This document shows, one piece after another, positions 16,506 to 26,396 of a stretch of 40,889 bases of DNA. The stretch lies in the IMG/VR virus record IMGVR_UViG_3300037313_000615, positions 1 through 40,889 of that record; one strand, 5' to 3'. Origin of the DNA: a virus (taxonomy: Duplodnaviria; Caudoviricetes). The translations under genes and the position numbers were made by a program. The notes beneath the pieces were generated by a model, which was not told the origin of the DNA, ran no database searches, and worked only from the letters and a program-made list of their open reading frames with translations. Position 1 is the first letter of the stretch; the number at the start of each line of letters is the position of its first letter.

Positions 16506-17977
16506 GCAGCCCGGGCTTTTTTTACAGCGCCGAGGATCAGGCCAGGGCCCAAAACTTGGCCCGGCAGCAGGCATATGCCCAAGCATTGATGAACCAGGAC
16601 CCCGGCAACGCCCAGTATGGGGGGCTGAGAGCTGCGGGTAATTCGATCCTGGGGGCTTTCCTGTCCAAACGGGCCGATACCCAAGCCCTGGAAAACGCCA
16701 AAAATTCGCAAGATCAGCACGTGAGATCAATTGCAGCCTATTTGCGGGGGAATGGGTCGCCTTCTCAATCCCCGCAGATTTCCACGGCTGCCGGCACAGC
16801 CCCACAGGTGAACCAGGAAGCCCAGCCTGGAATGGAAGGTCCAACATCCGCCCAGAACGGAACACCCGCTCCTGCGCAGCCTGTGCAGCCACAGCAGGGT
16901 ATGGGGGGCGATCAAGCGTCGCGTCTTCTGGCTACAAATGATCCGTGGCTCATTCAACAATTTGCCCCCCAGCTCATCCAAAACCAGATGAACCGGGACA
17001 ATACCTTGTGGGAGCGTGGCCTTCCCATGACCCAGGCGGCGCGTGATCAGGCCGAATTGCAGGGGCAGATTGCGCGTGGGAATGCCCAGTTCACGAATCA
17101 ATTGCCGATGACTGCGGCGCAGCAAGCCGCTGATAGGCGGGCGGCTGCCCAACTTGCCGAAAGTGGCAGGCATAACCGCGTGGAAGAGGAAGTAGCTCGC
17201 AATCCGTTTGGAGTCGGGCCGACTGGCGCGGCCATGGCTGCGGGCAAAACGGGGGATGAGTTCTTATCCACATTACCGCCTGGACTGGCTGCCCAGATCA
17301 AGGCTGTTGGCACCTACCGCCAACCGGCCCCAGCAGGGCGTACCAGCCCCACTGGTATCAAGTTCATGTCCTTGGTTAATCAGGCATACCCGTCCTTTGA
17401 TGCCTCGCAGTATGGCGCCAAGACCAAGGCGCGGAATGATTTCACCACGGGCAAAAACGGCAACACAGTCCGAAGCCTGAATGTGGCCGTGCAGCATCTT
17501 GACCAGCTCGGACAGCTTTCCGACGCGATGGCCAACGGCAATGTGCAGTTGGTTAATCGGGTGGGTAATTTCATTGCCTCCCAGACGGGCAACCCGGCAC
17601 CAACCAACTTCAACGCGGCCAAGCAGTTGGTTGGCGATGAAATTGTGAAGGCCATAGTTGGGGCTGGTGGTGGCGTCTCTGACCGCGAGGAGGCGGCCCA
17701 TAATATCAGCTCTGCCAGTTCGCCAGCCCAGTTGGCCGGGGTTATTCGCACCTACCAAGGTCTATTGTCTGGTCAGTTGGTGGGCTTGCGCCAGCAATAC
17801 CAGAAGTCCACCGGCTTGGATGATTTTGAGGATTTCCTGGCCCCCGAAACACGCGCCAAGTTGGAAGCGCATGGAGCCGCAAGCGGTGCCGCGCCTCCTC
17901 CGTCTGGCGGCGGTGGCCAAATCACACCAGAACAAGCCGCAGCCGAACTTGCGCGCCGCCGCGCCAATAGGAAATAG
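16502..17977 (+). CDS. DNA ejection/internal virion protein
   Basis: Q/A-rich helical protein in the ejection-gene position. Confidence 0.65.
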   Translation: MSSPGFFYSAEDQARAQNLARQQAYAQALMNQDPGNAQYGGLRAAGNSILGAFLSKRADTQALENAKNSQDQHVRSIAAYLRGNGSPSQSPQISTAAGTAPQVNQEAQPGMEGPTSAQNGTPAPAQPVQPQQGMGGDQASRLLATNDPWLIQQFAPQLIQNQMNRDNTLWERGLPMTQAARDQAELQGQIARGNAQFTNQLPMTAAQQAADRRAAAQLAESGRHNRVEEEVARNPFGVGPTGAAMAAGKTGDEFLSTLPPGLAAQIKAVGTYRQPAPAGRTSPTGIKFMSLVNQAYPSFDASQYGAKTKARNDFTTGKNGNTVRSLNVAVQHLDQLGQLSDAMANGNVQLVNRVGNFIASQTGNPAPTNFNAAKQLVGDEIVKAIVGAGGGVSDREEAAHNISSASSPAQLAGVIRTYQGLLSGQLVGLRQQYQKSTGLDDFEDFLAPETRAKLEAHGAASGAAPPPSGGGGQITPEQAAAELARRRANRK

Positions 17978-19912
17978 ATGGCCGATCTGTCCCAATATTC
18001 AGATGCAGAGCTGGAGAGGATGGCCAATGCGCAATCTTTGGCGCATTTGTCTGATGCCGATTTGGAAAAGATCGCGGGCGGTCAAAAGAAGCCGGGCATT
18101 GGGGATTCCATCGTTGATGCGATTCGCTCTATTCCAGGAGGGCTTACCAAGGGTGTCACTGGTTTAGTCGGTCTGCCTGGGACACTTTTTAACCCCACCG
18201 AAACTGAAGTTGTCGAAGGCTTGGGCGGCGAGCCGATTACGGTCAATAAAGGTGCCAATCGCGGGCTTCCGACCGGAGAAGGTATTGATCGCGCTGTTTC
18301 CGCACCATTTGGAGGCTACTATCAACCGAAAACTACACCGGGACAGATCACAGAACGAATCGGGGAATTTGCGCCCTCTGTTATTGGAGGCCCGGCAAGC
18401 CTTGGGACGCGGTTCCTGGGTCGTGTGGTCGCACCGGCGCTTGGGAGTGTCGCAGCTGAGAATGCCGTCCATTCGGATAATGCCGGAGTTCGTGCGGCTG
18501 CTCAAATTGGAGGCGCCTTACTTGGGGCTGGTGCTTTTGGTGGCGCTCGGGCTCTTTCTCAAGCAGTAAAGAATGCCAAACTATCGCCAGAACAAGTTGC
18601 TGGCTCCTTTGCATCCAATATCGCGCAAAGCGCTGGCCCTATGCAGACAATCGCAGGACGGGGACAGACGGCGGCTGAAGCGCTCGGTCCCACGGGCGTC
18701 GCCAATCTAGCGGCTTTGGGGCGGCGCGGCGGGGAAACGGGACGCAATCTCGCGGAAATGCTTAAACAACGCTCTGCCGATGCGCCATCGCGTATCATGA
18801 GCGATTATGAAACTTCTGCCGGGATTCATCCCGATGCTGCCCAAGGCAGTATTGATGCTTTGGTAGAAGCAGGACAAAAACGAGCGGCCCCCCTCTTCAA
18901 AGATGCCTTAGAATCTAAGCCCGCAGTTCACACCGACGAACTGGCGGAATTGATGACGCGACCAGTTGTCAAAAAGGCCATGGCGACAGCCGCTAATGAC
19001 CTCCGGAATGCTGGGAAAGACCCAGGGGCGATTGGGTTGCATTTTGACGAGGCCGGAAATGTAACCCAACGTATCGATCCGACGCCAGAAGCGTGGGATC
19101 TGACGCGAAAGGCGATGAATCGCACGGTTGAACGCGATCCCTTCGGTAATCGCATTCCGGATAGCAAATCGCCGGGCAATTACAACATCAGCAAAGCAAC
19201 AGGCGAGCTTACCGGCGCACTCAAAAAGGCTATTCCCGGTTATAGCGAAGCCTTAGCGGAGAGTGGGGATTATCTTTCCCTCAAAAGCGCATTTGAGGCC
19301 GGCCAAAAGCATATTCTGGATACCGGAACTACTGCGAAACAAGTTGCTGATCATCTGTCGGACATGACGGCCGCAGAGAAGGAAGCCTATGCCGCAGGAA
19401 TTGGAAACAAAATTTTTAATCAAACGCAAAATAGCAGATTACGCCCGGCACAACTTCTAACGCCATCTGTTCAAGCAAAACTGGAAAGTGCTTTAGGAGC
19501 GCAAAAGGCAAAAGATTTTGTTTCAGGACTACAAGGCGAATTGTCCCTAGCGCAATCTGGTGGGCGTATGATGCCCGGAACTAACTCAATTACCTCTGAT
19601 GTGCTGAATGCCGGCAGGGAACAGGATTTGGCCGATACGATTCGCGGCGCTTCGCATTTTGCCCATGCGGCTGGGAATTTTGCAGCGGGGCGCTATGGGG
19701 CTGCTTTAGGCAACGCTTTGCGCGGCACCATGCATCTTGCACCCGATTTGCTTCGAACAGGCGGTATGAGTGAGGAAGCCAGGAATGCAGCGGGACGCTT
19801 GTTAATGCTCCCGCCGGAAGATTTTGTGCAGCAACTTAAAGCACTTCCGGCTCCGCAACCAGGTATCGGTGCGGCGGCGCTGGCGCCATATCTTTTAAGG
19901 AAAAATCCATGA
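17978..19912 (+). CDS. Large DNA ejection/internal virion protein
   Basis: 644 aa, A/G-rich, tandem DLS..SDA(E/D)LE..A N-terminal repeats, hydrophobic GGALLGAG segment. Confidence 0.65.
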   Translation: MADLSQYSDAELERMANAQSLAHLSDADLEKIAGGQKKPGIGDSIVDAIRSIPGGLTKGVTGLVGLPGTLFNPTETEVVEGLGGEPITVNKGANRGLPTGEGIDRAVSAPFGGYYQPKTTPGQITERIGEFAPSVIGGPASLGTRFLGRVVAPALGSVAAENAVHSDNAGVRAAAQIGGALLGAGAFGGARALSQAVKNAKLSPEQVAGSFASNIAQSAGPMQTIAGRGQTAAEALGPTGVANLAALGRRGGETGRNLAEMLKQRSADAPSRIMSDYETSAGIHPDAAQGSIDALVEAGQKRAAPLFKDALESKPAVHTDELAELMTRPVVKKAMATAANDLRNAGKDPGAIGLHFDEAGNVTQRIDPTPEAWDLTRKAMNRTVERDPFGNRIPDSKSPGNYNISKATGELTGALKKAIPGYSEALAESGDYLSLKSAFEAGQKHILDTGTTAKQVADHLSDMTAAEKEAYAAGIGNKIFNQTQNSRLRPAQLLTPSVQAKLESALGAQKAKDFVSGLQGELSLAQSGGRMMPGTNSITSDVLNAGREQDLADTIRGASHFAHAAGNFAAGRYGAALGNALRGTMHLAPDLLRTGGMSEEARNAAGRLLMLPPEDFVQQLKALPAPQPGIGAAALAPYLLRKNP

Positions 19913-20700
19913 GCGGCTTCAACGGATCAGGCACTTTTGTAATCAGCGGCAGCGGCCTTCCCTATGTGGTTGACACCATCATAGATGAAACCGTCGCCAA
20001 CCAGCTCAACACTGATCTCGGAACCGGTCTTTCCACCTGCATCACCAAAGATGGCCAAACCACCACGACGCAGCGCATCCCGTTTGCGATGGGCGCGAGC
20101 TTTGCCCAGCCGATCATCTATGGCGGTGTCACCCTCGCCAATTCGGTCACCGGCACCGGCTCCATGGTACTTTCGGCAAACCCAACTTTTACTGGCACAT
20201 TGAATGCCTCCCTTGGTAACTTCAATGGCTCGACGCTTGGTGTTGGCGTCCTCGAAGCCGCAGCCGGTAGCGGCGCAGCTATTACGGCATACCACAATGG
20301 TTCGAGCGGTGGTCACGCCATCCATTGCCAAGTGCAGGATACCAGCGTTTCACTGATCCAATTCAATTTCGGCGGCGGTGTTGTTGGCACTATCACCACG
20401 AACGGCACCAACACAGCATACAACACGTCATCCGACGCGATCCTGAAGGACAATGTGCAGGATTCGGGGGATGCGGGCGCCATCCTCGACGCTTTGAAAG
20501 TCCGCCAATGGGACTGGAAATCTTCCGGCGCGCATGAAAATTTTGGCTTTGTCGCCCAGGAGGAACATGAGGTCGCGCCATTTGCCGTGACCCCGGGCGA
20601 TAAAGACCGCTATTGGGCCCGCGATGACAGCAAGCTCGTTCCTTTGCTGGTCAAAGAGATTCAATCCCTGCGCCGCCGCTTGGAGGCTGCCGGTCTATGA
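19909..20700 (+). CDS. Short tail fibre/spike with S74 chaperone domain
   Basis: FNGSGTF...DLGTGLSTCITKDGQTT virion-attachment N-terminus; TSSDAILKDNV...GFVAQE...LVPLLVKEIQSL C-terminus. Confidence 0.8.
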   Translation: MSGFNGSGTFVISGSGLPYVVDTIIDETVANQLNTDLGTGLSTCITKDGQTTTTQRIPFAMGASFAQPIIYGGVTLANSVTGTGSMVLSANPTFTGTLNASLGNFNGSTLGVGVLEAAAGSGAAITAYHNGSSGGHAIHCQVQDTSVSLIQFNFGGGVVGTITTNGTNTAYNTSSDAILKDNVQDSGDAGAILDALKVRQWDWKSSGAHENFGFVAQEEHEVAPFAVTPGDKDRYWARDDSKLVPLLVKEIQSLRRRLEAAGL

Positions 20701-21107
20701 GTTTTGTTCTGGATGTTGCAGCCCGGACCTTATGGCAAGAAGCTCGCGGAGAGCCTGCGGCGGGTCAAGTCGCTGTGGCCCATGTTATGTGGAACCGCGT
20801 TCGCGATGGACGCTGGGGACCAAATCTTGCGACTGTCTGCCTTTGGCGGGCGCAATTTAGCGGCTGGTATATGCCCAGTGATCCCAACTTTAAGGGCGCG
20901 TGCACCCTCGCAGACAACGATCCTTTGCTGGGCCGATTGCAGCAGCTCATCATTGATGCCGAGCATGCTGACGATCCTACGGGAGGGGCGTTGTTCTATT
21001 ACTCAACCAGCCTGAAGGACGCGCCAAGCTGGTCAAAAACCATGACTTACAAAGGCCAATGGGGGCGCCAGAAGTTCTGGACGGATAGGGGGAATTTGGT
21101 GGCATGA
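20697..21107 (+). CDS. Endolysin, SleB/Hydrolase_2 cell wall hydrolase
   Basis: ARTLWQEARGEP..GQVAVAHV.WNRV, QFSGW, DPTGGALFYY. Confidence 0.88.
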   Translation: MSFVLDVAARTLWQEARGEPAAGQVAVAHVMWNRVRDGRWGPNLATVCLWRAQFSGWYMPSDPNFKGACTLADNDPLLGRLQQLIIDAEHADDPTGGALFYYSTSLKDAPSWSKTMTYKGQWGRQKFWTDRGNLVA

Positions 21108-21361
21108 GCGAAACAGGCATTCCGATTCCTTGCCCGCCGCCTTGCAGCCGCACATGGTTGAGGGATGGCGCATGGTTCATTGGCGAAACAGCACGTCCCA
21201 TGTCCCTGGCCATGGTTGGGACAGGCACTGTCGCGGGCTTCCTAATGAAAATGGATGTCGCCCAACTGACCGTCATGGCCACAACATTGGCCACATTGTA
21301 CGGTGCGAAAGTTGTAGAACGCGTACAGGAAGCTAAAGCCAAATCAGGAGCTACTTCATGA
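21104..21361 (+). CDS. Putative holin
   Basis: Two hydrophobic segments, charged C-tail, coupled to the endolysin. Confidence 0.5.
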   Translation: MSETGIPIPCPPPCSRTWLRDGAWFIGETARPMSLAMVGTGTVAGFLMKMDVAQLTVMATTLATLYGAKVVERVQEAKAKSGATS

Positions 21362-21726
21362 AACAGCATCTACTCGCCATCGCATTGCTTTTGCCGCTTG
21401 CGGGATGTCCTGGGACCCAGGGGATTGATCCCAATGCGCCGATCTCTCAGACCGCGCCGGCCACGATGCTTGCCGCAAAAAAAAGCCTCATCGCGGCGCA
21501 TGGCCTTCATGAAGCGGCGGCTGATGCTTTGACCGCAGCGGCCAATGCCAAGCTCTGCGTGGCTCAGTGCGCCATTACCGCCAAGGCTTATCTGGATCAA
21601 TCCGAGGCTGCTTTGCAGGCGGCGGATAGCCTGGTTGCCTTGGGAGACGCCCAGGGCATTGAAACCAAGATTGCCGGCGCGACTTCCCTGATATCCCAAA
21701 TTCAAACTCTCATTGGAAAGAAATAG
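21358..21726 (+). CDS. Lipoprotein (possible spanin component)
   Basis: Signal peptide with lipobox LAGC; Ala-rich helices; within the lysis cluster. Confidence 0.6.
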   Translation: MKQHLLAIALLLPLAGCPGTQGIDPNAPISQTAPATMLAAKKSLIAAHGLHEAAADALTAAANAKLCVAQCAITAKAYLDQSEAALQAADSLVALGDAQGIETKIAGATSLISQIQTLIGKK

Positions 21727-21728
21727 CC

Positions 21729-21935
21729 ATGGGCATTGCAGAAGCGATTATCGCGATCCTTTCCCAAGCCCCGACTTTGGTCGCGGAAGCCACCACACTT
21801 TACACGGCGGTCAAATCCTCGCTGTCCTTGACGGACCAGGCTGCGGTGGATGCGGCCCTAGCCAAGGCGATTGCGTCGGATGCGAACGCGACCGCTCAGG
21901 CTGATGCGGCTCTGACAAGGGCTGCCCAAAATTGA
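21729..21935 (+). CDS. Small Ala-rich helical protein
   Basis: Follows the lipoprotein gene closely. Confidence 0.55.
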   Translation: MGIAEAIIAILSQAPTLVAEATTLYTAVKSSLSLTDQAAVDAALAKAIASDANATAQADAALTRAAQN

Positions 21936-22011
21936 ACATCCTTTGTGGAACTTAGGCCTATATGCGGCCATGCGTTGCTCTATTATTTAACAAGATCGGG
22001 GCCTAGGGGTT

Positions 22012-22362
22012 GTGACAAATGTTGGTTTTGAGCGTTATACGGATGCAACTACAAGACGTGGTGCCCCCGTGTATGACGATGCAGCCGCCCACTGGCCAAT
22101 TAACCAGTTCGTCATTCGGGTTGCGCACATGGCCAATTCTGTAGGGAATCAGGTTGGCAGCGCATGGATCACTGTGGGAGGATTGTTAGCTGTTGCTGGG
22201 GTAGTTGGGGCATTAGGATTCGCTGTAAAAAGCAGCGTTGATATATCCCAACTTGCCACTCAGCAGACTTATATCCAACGCGACATTGGCGACTTAAAGT
22301 CGGATGTCAGAGAGCTACGGCGGGGGCTGGATGACCGAGGGCAAAGAAGTCTGCCAAACTGA
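22012..22362 (+). CDS. Membrane protein with coiled coil
   Basis: One TM followed by a coiled coil; start uncertain. Confidence 0.45.
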   Translation: MTNVGFERYTDATTRRGAPVYDDAAAHWPINQFVIRVAHMANSVGNQVGSAWITVGGLLAVAGVVGALGFAVKSSVDISQLATQQTYIQRDIGDLKSDVRELRRGLDDRGQRSLPN

Positions 22363-22642
22363 GAGGGCTGCCACGGCGACACATGGGGGTCAGGCGGTCA
22401 ACATCATCATTTCCGACAAATTCGGAAAATGGCTGCTAGCGATTGTGGTGGTGGGGATTGTCTTGCTGTCCGGCCTGGCGCTCATGGCCTCCAAAGCCGA
22501 AATCCGCGCCGAGCAGGCCCAGAAATCCGCTGATTATAGCGCCAATGAATTTCGGATGACGCAGTTCTGGCTCCAGCGTGTTGCCGCACGGGATTGTCCT
22601 CGCGATAATCTGCCGGCAATCCCGGCTAGCTTGCTGAAATAG
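22331..22642 (+). CDS. Single-TM membrane protein
   Basis: WLLAIVVVGIVLLSGLALM; ATG 22331 after a G-rich RBS. Confidence 0.5.
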   Translation: MTEGKEVCQTERAATATHGGQAVNIIISDKFGKWLLAIVVVGIVLLSGLALMASKAEIRAEQAQKSADYSANEFRMTQFWLQRVAARDCPRDNLPAIPASLLK

Positions 22643-22649
22643 GGGTGTC

Positions 22650-22865
22650 ATGGCGAAACTTGAACATTGGGCGGTGACGGTGCAGGCGGACGGCGAAACC
22701 GTTATAGCCATTGAGAGCAACTGCCTGTCGGGAAGAGAGCTATCCGACGCCGATGAAGCTATAATTCGCAACGCGGCTGAACATCTACTTTCTTTTCTTG
22801 GCCTTAATTACCAAATCTCGGAGCGGGAGGTTGTCATCCCTGCTCACGACGATATGCCGTTTTGA
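22650..22865 (+). CDS. Hypothetical protein
   Basis: RBS AGGGG; followed by a GGAGCG junction. Confidence 0.55.
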   Translation: MAKLEHWAVTVQADGETVIAIESNCLSGRELSDADEAIIRNAAEHLLSFLGLNYQISEREVVIPAHDDMPF

Positions 22866-23016
22866 TGGAGCGCTAATTGCCCTCCCAATTCGACCAGGAT
22901 TCTGAAGTCGGCGCGACACTCCTACGGCGCCTGCAATCGACGCCGGCCCAGCCACCATTGCAACCCGATCCCGACGCAGCCAAGCGCCAAAGGCTTGCCG
23001 CCCTCCTCAAAGGCAA

Positions 23017-23286
23017 ATGAGCCCGCCAGGGCCCGATGGACGCGAGTTCGGGGACATCGGGGCGCGGCTGAAGATTGTTGAGGACGAGCTGGCCAAGGCC
23101 AGGATCAAGCTGCACAAGCAGGCCCAGACGCTTCAATCGACCAGCATTTATGTGAAGGTCCTGCAGGGTTTGCCCGAGCGGGTCGACAAGCTGGAAAAAT
23201 GGCGCAGCTTTGAAATGGGTGCAGCAGCCGTCATCGGCGGTTTAATCAGCTTTGCGATTCAGTATGTGTTGCGGAGGACGTCTTAA
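23017..23286 (+). CDS. Coiled-coil protein with C-terminal TM (XhlA/holin-like)
   Basis: RVDKLEKWRSFEMGAAAVIGGLISFAI. Confidence 0.55.
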   Translation: MSPPGPDGREFGDIGARLKIVEDELAKARIKLHKQAQTLQSTSIYVKVLQGLPERVDKLEKWRSFEMGAAAVIGGLISFAIQYVLRRTS

Positions 23287-23656
23287 TTGCTTGGCCTTCG
23301 GCCTTGGCAATGGCGGATTTCGCAGCCTTCACGACAAACGCTGGGCCCCCCTTGTATTCCCCGATCCCGCCATTTCTCTCAACGCGATCAAGAAGGTTTT
23401 TAAGCGCCTCCAGCAGATCAGGCGCGGCAGCGATAAGGCGGGCGTCGGCTTCGTTCACAACCGCGAACCCATATGCGTCGCATCTGTCCGCTTCGAACGA
23501 GGGACCGTCGATAACATACACGCCAGTCGGGTGATTATCCGGGCAACCGTCCTGCGTGCACGGCCAGCCGCAATTTGTATCGCATGGGTCGTAATAATCC
23601 CAAGGCCCTGGCGTGTACTTCAAACGAGGCGCTTGCGCCGAGTGGTCATTGCTCAT
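23246..23656 (-). CDS. Phage hypothetical protein (AAPDLL family)
   Basis: KYTPGPW...ADARLIAAAPDLLEALK...AIAKAEG motif, common in phage early regions. Confidence 0.75.
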   Translation of the reverse strand: MSNDHSAQAPRLKYTPGPWDYYDPCDTNCGWPCTQDGCPDNHPTGVYVIDGPSFEADRCDAYGFAVVNEADARLIAAAPDLLEALKNLLDRVERNGGIGEYKGGPAFVVKAAKSAIAKAEGQAIKTSSATHTESQS

Positions 23657-24043
23657 GAAAAATATCCGCAGATCAGTAACGTTACCGATCCCCAAAAGGC
23701 CATAACAACCAGCACCAGCGCCCGTCTAAGCTGACCATCGGACCAGCTATGCGGCGGCTTCGGTTCTCTCCAATGCGACATGGCTTGCCCCAAATTTTGG
23801 TGGCCGTCTTTCCGGCCTGTCACCCTCAGTCTAGGTTCTATTGAACCACCTTGCAGCTTGGGTTGTACCCACAAGGCCAAATCAGTGAAAAGCCCATTTC
23901 AGAAATTCCGCGATTCCCCACAAATACAGCGCCAGTGCGACCAACCCAATCTTGCCCACGCCATCGGACCTTATTTTGCCGCGCGTGTATGTGGCAGGAA
24001 TCATGGGTTCCGGCATTAAGATATGTTTGGGGTGGTTAATTAA

Positions 24044-24355
24044 TTATGGGCACCAAAAACCTTGATCAATGCAGGTAGTGATCCACTTTTTGCTATCGCT
24101 CGGCTGTAATGGCCTAGATCGCCAAGGAATAATCTTGGCCGTCGCGCGCTTGATCGGCCAATCGACACGATTCCTGTCTGGCACAGGTGTCGCAGCCTTC
24201 TTGCGCTCATCCCAGATCACATCGCGGTAGATTGAGCCAAAGCGGCTGTACAGCTCGTCCAGCTCACGGCTGGCGGTTTTCGGCATGTAGCGCCGCAGCA
24301 TTTCGGCGTGCAGGCCTTCGTTGGCGTGGGCATAAATCAGATCAACCAGGAACAT
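24044..24355 (-). CDS. Hypothetical protein
   Basis: Overlaps the end of the HNH-like gene; GAGGGG RBS. Confidence 0.5.
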   Translation of the reverse strand: MFLVDLIYAHANEGLHAEMLRRYMPKTASRELDELYSRFGSIYRDVIWDERKKAATPVPDRNRVDWPIKRATAKIIPWRSRPLQPSDSKKWITTCIDQGFWCP

Positions 24356-24728
24356 ATTTCCCCCTCATTGGTCGCTTGGTTTTCGGAAAAGGACGACTTG
24401 GGATTTTGCGCTTTGGGCCGGTGCAGGTCTCGCCGCGAAGGCGTTTCACCTTGGCGATAGCCTTCACATCGCGAGCGGTTTTGTTCTTATGACATGGGTC
24501 ATAATGGATGGGCCGCAAATCCATGTAACCGTGTTCGCCACCAAGTTTATGAGCGTGAACAGCATCAAATTGTATCTTTTGGCCTGAGAAAATAGGCTTC
24601 CCGCATTCGGTGCATTTAAAGGCAAGAACCGAGCCGCTGTTTGTAGCAATGAAAATTGTTGCGCCATCTTCTCCAATGCGGTGCAGCAAGCAATCCACAG
24701 CCATCTTGCGGGTGACTGGCTTGGTCAT
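24342..24728 (-). CDS. HNH endonuclease-like protein (degenerate active site)
   Basis: CTECG...FDAVHAHKLGG....DLRPIH..PCHKNKT..DVKAIAKVKR...KIPSRPF. Confidence 0.7.
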   Translation of the reverse strand: MTKPVTRKMAVDCLLHRIGEDGATIFIATNSGSVLAFKCTECGKPIFSGQKIQFDAVHAHKLGGEHGYMDLRPIHYDPCHKNKTARDVKAIAKVKRLRGETCTGPKRKIPSRPFPKTKRPMRGKYVPG

Positions 24729-24904
24729 AGAGCCGCTGCCACAGCATTGATGGCGCAGAACACCGCCAGATCCAAAATGATCGCACCCATAATAACAACG
24801 GTAAGGCCTTTCTGTTGTTTGAGCATTTCAGCGTTCCTCGCTGCCACAAGAAACAGCCACAGCGGAAATGACCATGCCGAAAACGCTAGGCCATGAATGG
24901 TCAT
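24725..24904 (-). CDS. 59-aa membrane protein (below ORF-track cutoff)
   Basis: MTIHGLAFSAWSFPLWLFLVAARNAEMLKQQKGLTVVIMGAIILDLAVFCAINAVAAAL; ATGA-coupled on both sides. Confidence 0.55.
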   Translation of the reverse strand: MTIHGLAFSAWSFPLWLFLVAARNAEMLKQQKGLTVVIMGAIILDLAVFCAINAVAAAL

Positions 24905-25140
24905 TTTCCACCCGAAAATTTTAGTTCCTGTTCAGATGCAAAACGGCGCAGATCATCCACGACCTTTACGAAGGCCATCCACGTCGGAACATCGCAACAG
25001 ATGTTCTCTGGCATTGAGGGCAATGACCCGGGCTCTTCCATGATGGATATCTGCATTTGGTCGCGGCCATCTTTCGTGAACCCGCGCTGTACGGTCACGG
25101 TATAACCGGGAACAGTTTCGTGGACTGCAATGCTGTTCAT
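24901..25140 (-). CDS. Hypothetical protein
   Basis: ATGA-coupled to the RecT-like gene. Confidence 0.55.
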   Translation of the reverse strand: MNSIAVHETVPGYTVTVQRGFTKDGRDQMQISIMEEPGSLPSMPENICCDVPTWMAFVKVVDDLRRFASEQELKFSGGK

Positions 25141-26078
25141 TTTTGCCCCGCCAAATAGTCCATGCGCTCCGAAACAGCCGCACCCCAAGCCGCCTGGTCA
25201 TGCACCGATTCAAGTTCTGGCAGGATGGATTCGGATAGATCGTTAACGTCGCTTATCGTGCTGCATTGTACCAACAACCGACAGCCACGGCTTAACGGGC
25301 TCTCTAGCGGCGTTTCTGGTTTTGTGGTGTCTGATACCGTGTTGGTATCGGCAGCCTGCGCAGCCCCCGTTCCTGCCTCGCTGTTGGCAATCTGGGGCGC
25401 ATCCGCAAGGAAGTCCGTCGAAACCGGACCCTTAGGCTCTGCCGGCAGGTCTTGTATTTCCTCGGCAATGGCCAATCCCTTCAGGGCATCTGAGAAGCCA
25501 TCGCGCAAGGCATATGCGCGAGCGCGGGCGTGAAGCATCCGCTGAGGATAGCTGACCCAGGGCTTTTTGCTGGCATTCATCCACAGGTTCGCCTTCTTGG
25601 CCTGAGCAATCGAGAACTTGCCTTCATAGGGCTTGGTCTGCCCAACGCGCCAATACCGGCATGTCACCGTGTAATCATCATTGGGAAAGGTGCCGGATTC
25701 GATGACTTCGTGATCCCGGATTAACCCTTTCGCCTGGATCAGAGCCACAGCCAAATCACCCCAGACCGTCGCCCGGTTGTTGATGATGGCGATTCCGGTC
25801 AAACCCTGAAGAGGCGGCACACCCAATTCCAGCGAGGTCAGGATGCCGATAACGACCTTTTGGGGATCGGGCGCGCCATTGGTTTCGTAGGAGGATGGGG
25901 CAAGGCCAGCCTGCACTACAAGCTGTGCAAACCGGAAGGCTTCCTCCAGCGTTGTTGGGATGACCGGCTTAAGCTCGGCCCCAGTATGCAGCGCCATAAT
26001 CTCGCGGGCGGCTCGGGTCTTGGCTTCAGGGGCTTGGGGGAGATCGTCAGGCATTGCGGGCCTGTTCGATACCTTCAT
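25137..26078 (-). CDS. recT: RecT-like single-strand annealing protein
   Basis: P.TLEEAFRFA...LELGVPPLQGL..IAIINNRATVWGD...FSIAQAKKANLW...PWVSYPQRML.ARARAYALRD.F.DALKGL..AEE. Start is 26078 or 26054. Confidence 0.75.
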   Translation of the reverse strand: MKVSNRPAMPDDLPQAPEAKTRAAREIMALHTGAELKPVIPTTLEEAFRFAQLVVQAGLAPSSYETNGAPDPQKVVIGILTSLELGVPPLQGLTGIAIINNRATVWGDLAVALIQAKGLIRDHEVIESGTFPNDDYTVTCRYWRVGQTKPYEGKFSIAQAKKANLWMNASKKPWVSYPQRMLHARARAYALRDGFSDALKGLAIAEEIQDLPAEPKGPVSTDFLADAPQIANSEAGTGAAQAADTNTVSDTTKPETPLESPLSRGCRLLVQCSTISDVNDLSESILPELESVHDQAAWGAAVSERMDYLAGQK

Positions 26079-26325
26079 TCCAAGTCTTTTCGTCCAACAC
26101 GTTATCGTGCAGGAAATCATCCCAGGCCGTCATTGGGATATGGGCAATCGAAGACATAGCGTTAACCTGTCGAATAGCATCGCGCATGATGGTTTTCGCG
26201 GCCTTAATGGCCCGCTGCGCATCCCGCTCATTGGCCAGCTGGTCATCGCTCATGCCAATCTGCGCCTTTGATGCCCGGTATTCCGCTTCTGTCCGATTCG
26301 ACAATTCCAGTCCAGAACCACTCAT
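26047..26325 (-). CDS. Hypothetical protein, first gene of the leftward operon
   Basis: GGAGG RBS upstream. Confidence 0.6.
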   Translation of the reverse strand: MSGSGLELSNRTEAEYRASKAQIGMSDDQLANERDAQRAIKAAKTIMRDAIRQVNAMSSIAHIPMTAWDDFLHDNVLDEKTWNEGIEQARNA

Positions 26326-26396
26326 TTCAACCTCCGTCTTGACGGACAGAGCCTTTCATGTCTAAATCACCAAGTCAACAGTGATGTGAGTGATAA
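26326..26396. promoter_or_regulatory. Divergent control region
   Basis: Between divergent operons; TCCGTC-TT-GACGGA palindrome containing a + strand TTGACG, and a minus-strand TTGACT at 26378-26373. Confidence 0.45.

Noticed and set aside
21947-21976. Second GGAAC...CGTT stress promoter
   Set aside because: The spacer is 21 nt, outside the 16-17 nt consensus.
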